Positions 1 through 9,586 of a DNA stretch of 64,000 bases are shown here, in pieces. A model generated the notes under the pieces. The model did not search any database and was not told the DNA's origin. It saw only the letters and a list, made by a program, of their open reading frames with translations. Source of the stretch: Polyangiaceae bacterium (GTDB lineage: Bacteria; Myxococcota_A; Polyangia; Polyangiales; Polyangiaceae). The translations under genes and the position numbers were made by a program. The number at the start of each line of letters is the position of its first letter. Position 1 is the stretch's first letter. Location of the stretch: positions 108,419 to 172,418 of the forward strand of contig JBGANF010000002.1 of NCBI GenBank assembly GCA_044222475.1. Direction: 5' to 3'.

Positions 1-629
1 CCGATGCCGCCGAGGAGAGATCCTGGATCGGCCGTCCAGACGTCGCCGCCGTCGTGGCTCGGAGGAGGGTTGCCGCCGTCCACGCCGGGCGTCGTACCGT
101 TGGAGACGAAGAGCGAGAGCTCGACGTCGCGATCGTCGTCTGCGCCGTTCCATCGGCGCACGCGCACGATCAGCCCGTTGATGCCCTGCGCGAGGCGCTT
201 GTTCGCCGTCTTGTCGTCGAAGGCGTTCGTGAGCTTCGACAGGGTGAGCGCGAGCGCGAGGCCGGAGTTGTCACGACCCGCGTCGTCGTCGCAGTGCTGC
301 GGCGCGCCGGTAATCGGGACGCAGCTCTCCTTCTCGGGGCAAGTGCATCGGTCGTCGAGGTCGTACGCGAACGGGATGCCACCATCTCCGAAGCCGAGGT
401 CCCACTGCGACAGCGCGAAGACGTGCTCGGCGTCGACGTCCGCGTCGCCGATGCCGTCGGTGTCGGGGCGAGGCGGCGGTCGCGCGTGGACGCATCCGCC
501 ATCGGAGGTCGCGTCCGACGTCGAAGCGTCGGGCGGCGGGGCGCCGGGCACGAGGAGGTCGTCGCTGTAGACGGCGCACGCGGCCGCGACGCCAGCGGCG
601 GCGGCGGCGACGCCGAGCGCACGTCTCAC
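1..629 (-). CDS. Cys-rich lipoprotein, runs off the window start; paralogue of 626..1816
   Basis: Not in the ORF track; translated by hand from GTG at 629 (GTGA overlap with the upstream stop): VRRALGVAAAAAGVAAACAVYSDDLL...YDLDDRCTCPEKESC...HCDDDAGRDNSG...VRVRRWNG..D.DVELSLFVSNGT, open to base 1. Confidence 0.8.
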   Translation of the reverse strand, partial: MRRALGVAAAAAGVAAACAVYSDDLLVPGAPPPDASTSDATSDGGCVHARPPPRPDTDGIGDADVDAEHVFALSQWDLGFGDGGIPFAYDLDDRCTCPEKESCVPITGAPQHCDDDAGRDNSGLALALTLSKLTNAFDDKTANKRLAQGINGLIVRVRRWNGADDDRDVELSLFVSNGTTPGVDGGNPPPSHDGGDVWTADPGSLLGGI

Positions 630-1816
630 TGAGCGCAATCGTCGGTCCACTGAGGGCCGCACGGGAAACCCGAGTCGGGCTTGGGCCACGTGTTGCCGTA
701 CCCCGCAGGGATGCTCTCGAAGCCGAAGCCGATCGAGAGCGAGTCGCAAGGCGCGTTCTTGCCGTCCTCGAGGAGGTTGCCGCTGATGTCGGCGAAGCTG
801 CACACGCGATCCTTGAGGGCCTGGTACGTCGGGTTCGGTCCGCAGAGGTGCTGCGTCTTCGTCGGATCGAGGGGGTCACGCAGCACCGCGAGGGTCGTGA
901 GGAGCTTGCGCGCCGGCCAACGGCCACCGATCACTCCGGTCGCCTTGAACGCCGAGCCGACCTTGGTGAGCTTGGCGGCGACGACCGAACCGGACAGCTC
1001 CAGCGTCACGAGACCTTCGCCGTTGCCGGCGCCGATCGAGAGCGGGAAGTTCAGCGTACCGACGAGCACACCGTCGCGGACGTAGGCGTTCGGATCTTCG
1101 TACAGCGCCACGGGCGTGCCACCGTCGGCGAGGGCACCGCCTTTGAGCGACGTGGGGTCGAGCGTCCACTTGTCGGTGCCGTCTTGCTTCACCGGCTTGG
1201 GCGAGTTCACTTGGATGCCTTCGGTGCCGTTGGAGACGAACACCGCGAGCTCGACCTTGGTGTCGTTCGGCATTCCGTTGTAGCCGCGCACGCGAATGAG
1301 CGCTCCGAACACGCCCTTGGCGATCTGGTCGTTGATGTACGCCTGGTCGAAGAAGCCTTGGCTGCTCGAGAACTGGCGGATGAGCGCTGCGCCCGAGTTG
1401 TCGAGGCCGTTCTTGCCGTCGCAGTGCGCGGGTGCGGCATCGCCCGACTTGCACGACTCCACGTCCGGGCAGGTGCAGAACCCGTCGAGGTTGAAGCCAA
1501 TCGACGGGGGACCGGCGTCGGGGCTGGCGTTGAAGTCCAGCGTGTTCACCGCGTTGTAGAACTCGACGTCGGGGCCGCCGGGGTCGTCCTTGTCGGGTCG
1601 TTGCGGCCAGCCCGGCGCTTTGCACAGATCGACGTCCGCACCGCCGTCGCCGCCATCGGCGACGCCCGCCTCGGAGGAGATCAGCAACGAGGAGTCGTAG
1701 ATGCTGCAGGCGGCCACGATCGCCGTCCCGGCGACGGACGCGGCCACGAGGCTCGCCCAGAAGCGCGCCGAGAATCGCGACCCGACTCGACTGCCGATGC
1801 TCACTCCCCCAAACAT
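626..1816 (-). CDS. Cys-rich lipoprotein of unknown function
   Basis: Signal peptide with lipobox IVAAC; DGG/DAG-rich linker; paired Cys motifs; start uncertain. Confidence 0.8.
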   Translation of the reverse strand: MFGGVSIGSRVGSRFSARFWASLVAASVAGTAIVAACSIYDSSLLISSEAGVADGGDGGADVDLCKAPGWPQRPDKDDPGGPDVEFYNAVNTLDFNASPDAGPPSIGFNLDGFCTCPDVESCKSGDAAPAHCDGKNGLDNSGAALIRQFSSSQGFFDQAYINDQIAKGVFGALIRVRGYNGMPNDTKVELAVFVSNGTEGIQVNSPKPVKQDGTDKWTLDPTSLKGGALADGGTPVALYEDPNAYVRDGVLVGTLNFPLSIGAGNGEGLVTLELSGSVVAAKLTKVGSAFKATGVIGGRWPARKLLTTLAVLRDPLDPTKTQHLCGPNPTYQALKDRVCSFADISGNLLEDGKNAPCDSLSIGFGFESIPAGYGNTWPKPDSGFPCGPQWTDDCAQ

Positions 1817-1860
1817 ACCACGCCATTGACGGGGCGGCGCGAAGCCGGCACGCTAGAGCC

Positions 1861-2886
1861 ATGAGATCCCGCACTGTCGCCGGGCCCGGCGCGGCCTTCG
1901 TGCTCGCGGCATCCGCCGCGGTGACCTCGCTTGCCCACGCCGACGGCGCGGTGCCGAACGCGGAGCGGTTGAAGAGCGCTGCGGCCGAGTACGACGCTGG
2001 ACGCCGAGCCTACGCGGAGAACAAGTTCGAGGACGCGGCGAGTCACTTCGAGAACGCATTCCACGACGCGCCGAACGCGCAGACCATCCGCAACGCGATC
2101 ATGTGTCGCAGCAAGGCCAACCAGCTGTCGCGCGCGGCGACGCTCGCGGTGCTTGCATTCTCCAAGTATCCGGAGGACGAGCAGGTCGCTCAGATCGTGA
2201 AGCAGACGGTCGCCGAAGCCGAGTCGAAGCTCTTCAAGGTGAGCGTCGGCTGCACGCCGGCATGCGGCGTCGCGTCCGACGGGCGAGTGATCTCGCTCGA
2301 AGACGCGAAGAAGGTCGTGTTCTTCCTCGACCCCGGCCCGCACGCGGTCGTCGTCAGCTGGGAGGGCGATCGCACGAAGCCGCTCGATGTCACGGCGAAG
2401 GCCGGAGGCAGCCAAGACTTCACCCTCGAGGCTCCGCCGATGCCGGTCAAGCCCGTCGGCCCGGTCGGTCCGGCGGGAGGTGGCGAGCAACCGGCTCCTT
2501 CCACGAAGCCGTTCGGCCCCGCCGTCTTCTTCGTCGGCCTCGGGCTCACCGCCGTCGCCGGCGGAGTGCTCGTGTGGTCCGGCATCGACACGATCAACAA
2601 CCCTGGCGCGGACGTCGTGAAGCAGAAGTGCGTCGGCCTCGGGGAGACGTGCCCGGAGTATCAGGACGGACGCGCGAAGCAGCTCCGCACGAACGTGATG
2701 ATCGGCGTGACCTCGGGTCTCGGCGCGCTGACCCTCATCACCGGCATCTTTCTGACCCAGTGGACGTCCCCCAAGAAGGCCGAGACCCCGCACGACGGAG
2801 CCCCGCCACCGCCCGCGACGGGCTTCGTCCGCCCGTATTTCGACTTCGGTTCGACCTCTACGGTCGGGGTCTACGGAGCGTTCTGA
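1861..2886 (+). CDS. Exported TPR + PEGA-like protein with C-terminal hydrophobic segments
   Basis: Signal peptide ending AHA; TPR-like YAENKFEDAASHFENAF; beta-sandwich segment LDPGPHAVVV; two hydrophobic C-terminal stretches. Confidence 0.75.
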   Translation: MRSRTVAGPGAAFVLAASAAVTSLAHADGAVPNAERLKSAAAEYDAGRRAYAENKFEDAASHFENAFHDAPNAQTIRNAIMCRSKANQLSRAATLAVLAFSKYPEDEQVAQIVKQTVAEAESKLFKVSVGCTPACGVASDGRVISLEDAKKVVFFLDPGPHAVVVSWEGDRTKPLDVTAKAGGSQDFTLEAPPMPVKPVGPVGPAGGGEQPAPSTKPFGPAVFFVGLGLTAVAGGVLVWSGIDTINNPGADVVKQKCVGLGETCPEYQDGRAKQLRTNVMIGVTSGLGALTLITGIFLTQWTSPKKAETPHDGAPPPPATGFVRPYFDFGSTSTVGVYGAF

Positions 2887-2972
2887 CGCAGCGTGTCATG
2901 TCGCAGATCTGAGGCACTGCTCAGGGAAGTACGGTACGCTAGCTCAGGTTTCTCTCCGAAAGGGACCGTCCG

Positions 2973-4595
2973 CTGACGAAGTTTCTGAACAACGCCGCTC
3001 CGGAAGAGCGCCGTCTGGATCGCTTCGAGCTCATCGCCGAGCTCGCGAGCGGCGGCATGGCGACCGTGTACCTCGCGCGCCTGGGCGGGGCCGGCGGATT
3101 CCAGCGCTTCGTCGCGATCAAGCGACTGCACCCCCACCTCGCCAAGGACGCGGAGTTCACGCAGATGTTCCTGGACGAGGCGCGGCTCGCAGCCCGCCTC
3201 CACCATCCGAACGTCGTCCCCATCCTCGAGATCGGCGAAAGCCCCGACGGGTACTACCTCGTCATGGAGTACATCGAGGGCGACACGCTCGCCCGGATCC
3301 TCGCGCGCTCGGCGCAGGCGGGGCGCGCGCTCCCGGCGAAGGTCGCCATCCGCTCCTGCCTCGACGCGCTGCTCGGCCTGCACACTGCGCACGAGCTCAC
3401 CGACGACGACGGCAAGCCGCTCCACATCGTCCATCGCGACGTGTCGCCCCAGAACATCCTCGTCGGCGTCGACGGCACCTCGCGCATCGCCGACTTCGGC
3501 GTCGCTCGCGCGACCTCGCGCTTGTCGACCACGCGCACCGGTCAGCTCAAGGGGAAGCTCGCGTACATGGCGCCGGAGCAGGCCCGTGGCAAAGAGGTCG
3601 ATCGTCGCGCGGACGTGTTCGCGATGGGGATCGTCACGTGGGAATCGCTCGGGCAGAAGCGACTCTTCAAGGGCGAGGGGGAGGCCGACACGCTCAACCG
3701 CGTGCTCTACGAGCCCATCCCGAAGCTCCGCGCCGCGAACCCGACGGTACCGGCAGAGCTCGAGACCGTCGTGATGAAGGCGCTCGAGCGCGACGCCGAC
3801 GCGCGGTTCGCGAGCGCCGCGGACTTCGCCGACGCGTTGGAGAAGGCGGCTCGCAACGTCGGCGCGCTCGGAACTGCGCGCGACGTGAAGGAGCACCTCG
3901 ACGTCGTCCTCGGCACGGACATCTCGCAGCAGCGTGACGCGGTGCGCGCGTGGCTCGCGCGAAGCGAGCCGAGCCAGCGCATGACCGCCAGCCAGATCGG
4001 GCAGGCGAACTCCGTCACCAAGGTCGAGGGGGCGCGTCCAGCAGACGCGTCGGGGCAGCAGAACGCCGTCTCCAGCGTGTCGTCGGCGGTGATCCAGCTG
4101 CCGGGCAGCGCCGCGTCGTCCCCGTCGTCGGTTCAGCCGCTGCCGGTCGTCGAGACGCTACCGTCCAAGCGTCGCTCGAAGGCTTGGGCCGCAGTCGCCG
4201 TGGTGGTCTTGCTGCTCGCCGTCGGAGGGCCGCTCGCGTTCTTCCGCTTCCGCGCGCCGACGTCACCGACGATCGCCACGACCGCGCAGCCCACCGTAGG
4301 CACGCCCACGGCCACACAGACCGCCACGTCCGCCGCGACGGCTCAGACCTCGACCACCGCGCCTTCGGCGACGGCCGGTGCGCCCGTGGCGTCGGCGCAG
4401 ACGTCGACCGCCACCACCAAGACGACCGTGCCGACCGGTCACTTCGTGCCCCCGATCCGCACGGGGACCGCGACCGCCGGCACCAAGCCCACCACGACTG
4501 CGACGACGACCACGACAGCCACCTCGCCTCCGACGGCGACGGCCACGTCGACCGGCACGGGCATCGACGATCTCTCCCACAACCCGTACCGGTGA
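2973..4595 (+). CDS. Hanks-type Ser/Thr protein kinase, membrane-anchored, Thr-rich tail
   Basis: GGMATVY, VAIK, HRDVSPQN, DFG, YMAPE, DVFAMG motifs; TM segment AWAAVAVVVLLLAVGG. Start set at CTG 2973 because subdomain I begins upstream of ATG 3057. Confidence 0.9.
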   Translation: MTKFLNNAAPEERRLDRFELIAELASGGMATVYLARLGGAGGFQRFVAIKRLHPHLAKDAEFTQMFLDEARLAARLHHPNVVPILEIGESPDGYYLVMEYIEGDTLARILARSAQAGRALPAKVAIRSCLDALLGLHTAHELTDDDGKPLHIVHRDVSPQNILVGVDGTSRIADFGVARATSRLSTTRTGQLKGKLAYMAPEQARGKEVDRRADVFAMGIVTWESLGQKRLFKGEGEADTLNRVLYEPIPKLRAANPTVPAELETVVMKALERDADARFASAADFADALEKAARNVGALGTARDVKEHLDVVLGTDISQQRDAVRAWLARSEPSQRMTASQIGQANSVTKVEGARPADASGQQNAVSSVSSAVIQLPGSAASSPSSVQPLPVVETLPSKRRSKAWAAVAVVVLLLAVGGPLAFFRFRAPTSPTIATTAQPTVGTPTATQTATSAATAQTSTTAPSATAGAPVASAQTSTATTKTTVPTGHFVPPIRTGTATAGTKPTTTATTTTTATSPPTATATSTGTGIDDLSHNPYR

Positions 4596-4608
4596 TATAC
4601 CCGTCGAC

Positions 4609-6645
4609 GTGCGAAAGCTCGCCCCTCGCGCTCGTGTCGCGCTCGCGTTCCTGCTCGCCATCCTCGTGACGGCGGCGTGCGCTGCGACGCGTACGCCCAT
4701 CGACCCCCGATTCCTCGCCGTGCACAACGCGTTCGCCGCGATGGGGATGGCCCAAGTCGGGCCCGTGCAGCAGGGCTCGCTGGTCGAAGGTCGAGAGGCC
4801 CGCTTGTCGCTCGACCTCGCGGCCCAGTGCACGACCCTGGTCGCCATCGGCGGGGACGGCGTGCGGGATCTCGACCTCTCCGTCGTCGACGCGCAAGGCA
4901 CGGTGCTCGCGCGCGACGCGACGCACGACCCCCAAGCGGTGCTCCGCGTCTGCGTGGATGCGCCAGGGGCGTACAGCTTGGTCGTCAAGATGGCCGCCGG
5001 CTCGGGCGAGTTCCTCGCGGCCACGTGGACCGGCGGGGCGACGGCGGGACCAGCCGGATCGGCGGCGGTCGCGGCGAGCGGTCGCGGCAACTGCGACGCG
5101 CCGATCACCATCGGTCCCGGCACCATCAACGGCAACACGTCGACGGGCGAATCCGAGAACTCGTGCAGCGACGTCCGCGCCGAGGGCAAGGAGCTCGTCT
5201 ATCGCATCGAGATCCCGACGCGAAAGAAGCTCACGATCGAGGTGCGAGCGCGCTTCGACTCCGTCCTCTACGTGCGCAAGGAGGTCTGCGACTCCGACGA
5301 CGAAGAGTACGAGATCAAGTGCAACGACGACGACGGTGGAGACGAGCGCGCGTCGCGCATCGACGCCGTCGTCGATCCGGGGACGTACTTCGTCTTCGTC
5401 GACGGGTACTCGGAGAACGGCTCGTTCGTGATGAACGTCACCACGGCCGACGTACCTTCGCTCGCCGACGTGTGTCGCCAAGCGCGCCCGCTCACGACGA
5501 GCGGGACCGCCAGCGGCACGACGACGAGCTCGTACGATCATGTCCACGCGAGCTGCGGCGACGATGCGAAGGCGAACGACGTTCCCTACCGTTTCGATCT
5601 CGGGCAGCGCTCGCGCGTGCGCTTCACGCACCACTCCGACGACTTCACCCCGGTCGTCCACGTCCGCAGCGTCTGCACCGACGACCAGACCGAGGTCGGC
5701 TGTTACGACGACAGCTCCGCGGTTCAAGACGACGAGGCGGTCTTCGTCGGCGTCCTCGATCCGGGCAGCTACGCCGTCTTTGCCGACGGCTCCGACGAGG
5801 ATCAGAGCGGGCGGTACACGCTCGACGCCGAGGTCGGGCCGGAGGCCGGGAGCGGCACCACCGGCGACGCCTGCGCCGACGCCGTCCCACTCCCGCCGAA
5901 CGACTCGAGCATCGACGGCGACACCTTCACCGCGAAGGACGACATCGCCGGCAAGTGCGGCGGCACCGGCGCAGCCGACGTCGTGTACCGCATCGATCTC
6001 CCGAAGCGCTCGCGCATCGTCGCATCGCTCGACCGCGAGGAAGGGGCGGGAAGCGGAAACAGCGATGCCCACGTGTTCGTCCTCCAGCGCACCTGCGCGG
6101 ACAAGAACACGGAGCTCGCGTGCGGATCGTCGGTCGACGAGATCCTCCAGCCGGGCACGTACTACCTCACCGTCGACGGCGCGAAGCCCGATCGCTTCGG
6201 CAAGTTCACGATCGCATGGTCGGTGCGCGACGTGAGCGGCCAAGAGAACGCCTGCAAGGTGGCGCCATCGCTCGTCGACGGCCAGACCGTCTCGGGCAAC
6301 ACGACCGGCGGCAGCGACAAGTTCGCGACGTCGTGCGGCGGCGAGCGCATCGGATCGTCGAACGACAAGCTCTACAAGATCGTGCTCACCTCGCGGCAGC
6401 GGGTGCGCCTCGCGCTGTCCACGCCGCTGTGGGACGGCGTCCTCGCGATCCGCAAGGCATGCCTCGATCCGTCAGGCTCGACGTCGTCGCGTCAGGCCGA
6501 GGTGGCCTGCAACAACGACGCAGAAGACTCCCATCACGCGCGCCTCGAGACGACCCTCGATCCCGGCACCTACTACGTCGTCGTCGACGGACATCGCGGT
6601 GGTCAGGATGGGGCCTACACGCTCGAGTACAAGGTCGTGCACTGA
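4609..6645 (+). CDS. Lipoprotein with tandem Cys-containing PPC-like beta-sandwich repeats
   Basis: Lipobox VTAAC after GTG 4609; four ~120-aa repeats (C..A..I..G...G.T....SC....VY...EV.CNDD....LDPGTY.V.VDG) after an N-terminal DLDL.V.D..G..LA.D domain. Confidence 0.75.
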   Translation: MRKLAPRARVALAFLLAILVTAACAATRTPIDPRFLAVHNAFAAMGMAQVGPVQQGSLVEGREARLSLDLAAQCTTLVAIGGDGVRDLDLSVVDAQGTVLARDATHDPQAVLRVCVDAPGAYSLVVKMAAGSGEFLAATWTGGATAGPAGSAAVAASGRGNCDAPITIGPGTINGNTSTGESENSCSDVRAEGKELVYRIEIPTRKKLTIEVRARFDSVLYVRKEVCDSDDEEYEIKCNDDDGGDERASRIDAVVDPGTYFVFVDGYSENGSFVMNVTTADVPSLADVCRQARPLTTSGTASGTTTSSYDHVHASCGDDAKANDVPYRFDLGQRSRVRFTHHSDDFTPVVHVRSVCTDDQTEVGCYDDSSAVQDDEAVFVGVLDPGSYAVFADGSDEDQSGRYTLDAEVGPEAGSGTTGDACADAVPLPPNDSSIDGDTFTAKDDIAGKCGGTGAADVVYRIDLPKRSRIVASLDREEGAGSGNSDAHVFVLQRTCADKNTELACGSSVDEILQPGTYYLTVDGAKPDRFGKFTIAWSVRDVSGQENACKVAPSLVDGQTVSGNTTGGSDKFATSCGGERIGSSNDKLYKIVLTSRQRVRLALSTPLWDGVLAIRKACLDPSGSTSSRQAEVACNNDAEDSHHARLETTLDPGTYYVVVDGHRGGQDGAYTLEYKVVH

Positions 6646-6774
6646 CCCTGGGGAAGGCGGCTCGCGCCGCCTCGCACCACCCGAGCAGGTCGGCAGAGCC
6701 GAATGAGCCTCCCCTCCACGCGGTCCCTCCGCTACGCGTCGGGATTTCGCACGCACGACCGTGCTCGCTGGTTG

Positions 6775-6990
6775 CTACCGCGCGCGGCGCTTCGCGTAGG
6801 TGTACGCGGTGATCGCTGCGATGATGTGACAGATCCACCCGAGCGTTCCGCCCGTGCCGATCCACAACCCGGGCGTCACGAGCAGCCAGAAGATGCCGCG
6901 GAGCCAAGCGCCGTTGTAGAACTGGCCCGCTCCCGGGATGATGAGGGAGAGGACGGCAGCGATTCCAGGCGGAGAGAGGCGTTTCTGCAT
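6775..6990 (-). CDS. Small TM2-like membrane protein (71 aa)
   Basis: MQKRLSPPGIAAVLSLIIPGAGQFYNG...; LS...PG.GQFY.G motif; C-terminal part of track ORF 6775..8295. Confidence 0.75.
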   Translation of the reverse strand: MQKRLSPPGIAAVLSLIIPGAGQFYNGAWLRGIFWLLVTPGLWIGTGGTLGWICHIIAAITAYTYAKRRAR

Positions 6991-7077
6991 CGAATGATCC
7001 TTGGGAAGAAGTCGCAAACGCGTGCCCGCGCCCAGCGACACGGCGAAGGTGCTCACTCCTCCCCACCCGGGCAAGGG

Positions 7078-8136
7078 GTGGATTCTCGATTGATCGGGGC
7101 CCTCCGCGAGCGACTGCTGCGCTTTTTTCGCGCCTCGGCCCGAGATTTGCCGTGGCGCCGCACGCGCGACCCCTACGCGATCTGGGTGAGCGAGGTGATG
7201 CTCCAGCAGACTCGGGTCGAGACCGTCGTGCCGTACTTCGCGCGGTTCCTCGATGCGTTTCCGACGGTGCAGGCGCTCGCCGACGCACCGCTCGACGGCG
7301 TGCTCGCGCAGTGGAGCGGGCTCGGCTACTACCGGCGCGCACGCTTCCTCCACCGCGGCGCGAAGACGATCGTCGAACAGCTCGGAGGATCGCTCCCGCG
7401 CAGCGCCGAGGAGCTGCTGCGGGTGCCAGGCATCGGACGCTACACCGCCGGCGCGATCGCGAGCATCGCGTTCGGTGAGCCCGCGGCGATCGTCGACGGC
7501 AACGTCGCGCGCGTCCTGTCGCGCGTGCTCGGGATCGAAGACGACATCCGCTCGTCGTCGGGGAGCGCGGCGCTCTGGGCGAGGGCGGCGGAGCTCGCCG
7601 TAGGAGAGGACCCGGGCGCGCTCAACCAAGCGCTGATGGAGCTCGGCGCGACGGTCTGCACGCCGAAGAGCCCGCGTTGCGGCGGCTGCCCTGCGGCCGA
7701 CCTCTGCGTCGCGTTTCGAGACGGGCGTCAGGCGGAGCTCCCGCGGGTGAAGGAGCGAGCGGTCGCCAAGCGCTGGCGTCGAGTGGCGATCGTCGCCACG
7801 AAAGGAAGCGCCGTCCTCCTCGGGCGCCGCCGCGACGACCTGGTGTTCGGCGGGCTCTGGGAGCCGCCGTCGTACGACGCCCACGACGCAGGCGAGGATC
7901 CGGGCGCGCCCATCGGGGTGCGTCTCCGCGCGCCGCGCGACCTCGGGATGGTGCGCCACGTGCTGTCGCACCGACGCATGGAGGTGCGCGTCTATTCCGG
8001 AAATCTCGGGTCGCGCGTGGATCGGGCGAAAAGCTCGGAGCACGAGCGGTTCTCGCTCTTCGAGCCGGACGCGCTGGGCACGGTCGGCCTCTCGACCCTC
8101 GCGCGGAAGATCCTCGGGCTTCTTTCCGCGCGCTAG
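7078..8136 (+). CDS. mutY: A/G-specific adenine glycosylase
   Basis: LPWR, SEVMLQQT, HhH PGIGRYTAGAIASIAF, VDGNV.RV, Fe-S CTPKSPRCGGCP...C, NUDIX-like GGLWE tail. Confidence 0.93.
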   Translation: MDSRLIGALRERLLRFFRASARDLPWRRTRDPYAIWVSEVMLQQTRVETVVPYFARFLDAFPTVQALADAPLDGVLAQWSGLGYYRRARFLHRGAKTIVEQLGGSLPRSAEELLRVPGIGRYTAGAIASIAFGEPAAIVDGNVARVLSRVLGIEDDIRSSSGSAALWARAAELAVGEDPGALNQALMELGATVCTPKSPRCGGCPAADLCVAFRDGRQAELPRVKERAVAKRWRRVAIVATKGSAVLLGRRRDDLVFGGLWEPPSYDAHDAGEDPGAPIGVRLRAPRDLGMVRHVLSHRRMEVRVYSGNLGSRVDRAKSSEHERFSLFEPDALGTVGLSTLARKILGLLSAR

Positions 8137-8158
8137 CGTTGCTAGTGTCCGTTTCGCG

Positions 8159-9583
8159 ATGCGCTTTCGCTTGGCCTTCCTCGTCGCCGCCGCCGCGATC
8201 TTCGTGCCGATCCTGGCGCGCGCGGGCGATTTGGATCTCGAAGACGACGGCCCGGCGACGCCGCCGCCCGCCGCGCCGGCCGCGAAGGCGCGCACCTACA
8301 CCCTCTCGGAGTGCCTCGCCCTCGCTGACCGGAACCACCCCAACATCTGGGCGGCGCGCGCCCGCGTCGGCTTCGCCCGGGGCCAGTACGACGAGGCGAA
8401 ATGGATCCCGTGGTTCCAGTGGTCCGCGACCGCGCAGGGCGGCATCCTCCCGCAGATCGGCGGCACCGTGGGGTACACGGCCGCGAACCCGCTCTCGATC
8501 AACCCGACCTTCATCGGCGGCTATGAGCCGTTCTTCCAGTTTCGTGTAGATTACACGCTTCCGCTCTATACGTTCGGCAAGATCACCGCCGGTCGCGAGG
8601 CGGCGGAGGCGAACGTTCGTCTGCAAGAGTGGGACATGGAGAAGTTCCGCCAGCTCGTGCGCATGGATGTGCGCCGAGCGTACTTCGGCGTGATGGCGGC
8701 GCGAGATGGGCGCTACCTCGTCAAAGAGGTGCAAGCCAAGATCGAGAAGGCCATCGCCGACATCACGAAGCGGCTCGAGAAGAACGAGGCGGGCTACGAC
8801 GAAGTCGACAAGATGCGACTGGAGCTCTACCGCGACGAGATCATCGCTCGAGGCGGTGATGCGGTGAAGGGCGAGACGTACGGCATGGCCGCGCTCCGGT
8901 TCATGACCGGAGTCCAGAGCGACTTCGACATCCCGGACGAGCCCATCCCTCGGCCCACGGTGCCGATCGCACCGGTCGTCAGCTACTTGGCGACCGCGCG
9001 CCTCTTCCGGCCCGAGGTCGCGATGGCGCGCGCCGGGATCGCGGCGCGGAAGGCTCAGCTGGACCTCCAACGAGCGAGGTTCTTCCCCGACTTCGGGCTC
9101 GGGCTCTCGGCGGGCTACTCGGTCGCGCCGAGCGTCGTCCCGCAGAGCAACATCAACGGCGCGTTGAACTGGAACTACTTCTACTACGGCTTCGGCGTCG
9201 GCATGCGTTGGAACCTGGACCTCCTGCCGAACGCGGCGCGCGTGGCCCAGGTCGAGTCGCAGCTCGAAGAGACGCGGGCGATCGAGCGGCTCGCGCTCGG
9301 CGGAGTCGCGGTCGAGGTGGAGAACGCCTACGCGAGCGTCGTCGAGGCCAAGAACCGCGAGGAGCGCTGGGACCACGCCGAGCACAAGACGAAGCAGTGG
9401 ATCGTCGACGTTCAGTCCGCAATGGACCTCGGTACGAAGGACGAGCGCGCGCTGATGGAGCCGCTGCGCTGGTACGTGAACACGAAGTTCGAGCACAACC
9501 GCGCGTTGATGGATCTCAACATCGCCCTGAGCGAGCTCGCGCGAGTCTCGGGTTGGGACAGCGCCGCGCCGGTCGGGCGCTGA
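8159..9583 (+). CDS. TolC-family outer membrane efflux protein
   Basis: Signal peptide; TLSECLALA..NHP start; two OEP repeats (PLYTFGK; RFFPDFGL). Confidence 0.85.
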   Translation: MRFRLAFLVAAAAIFVPILARAGDLDLEDDGPATPPPAAPAAKARTYTLSECLALADRNHPNIWAARARVGFARGQYDEAKWIPWFQWSATAQGGILPQIGGTVGYTAANPLSINPTFIGGYEPFFQFRVDYTLPLYTFGKITAGREAAEANVRLQEWDMEKFRQLVRMDVRRAYFGVMAARDGRYLVKEVQAKIEKAIADITKRLEKNEAGYDEVDKMRLELYRDEIIARGGDAVKGETYGMAALRFMTGVQSDFDIPDEPIPRPTVPIAPVVSYLATARLFRPEVAMARAGIAARKAQLDLQRARFFPDFGLGLSAGYSVAPSVVPQSNINGALNWNYFYYGFGVGMRWNLDLLPNAARVAQVESQLEETRAIERLALGGVAVEVENAYASVVEAKNREERWDHAEHKTKQWIVDVQSAMDLGTKDERALMEPLRWYVNTKFEHNRALMDLNIALSELARVSGWDSAAPVGR

Positions 9584-9586
9584 GCG

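Noticed and set aside
4260..4560. ACC/ACG-rich low-complexity tract
   Set aside because: Encodes the Thr/Ala/Pro-rich kinase tail; not an independent repeat element
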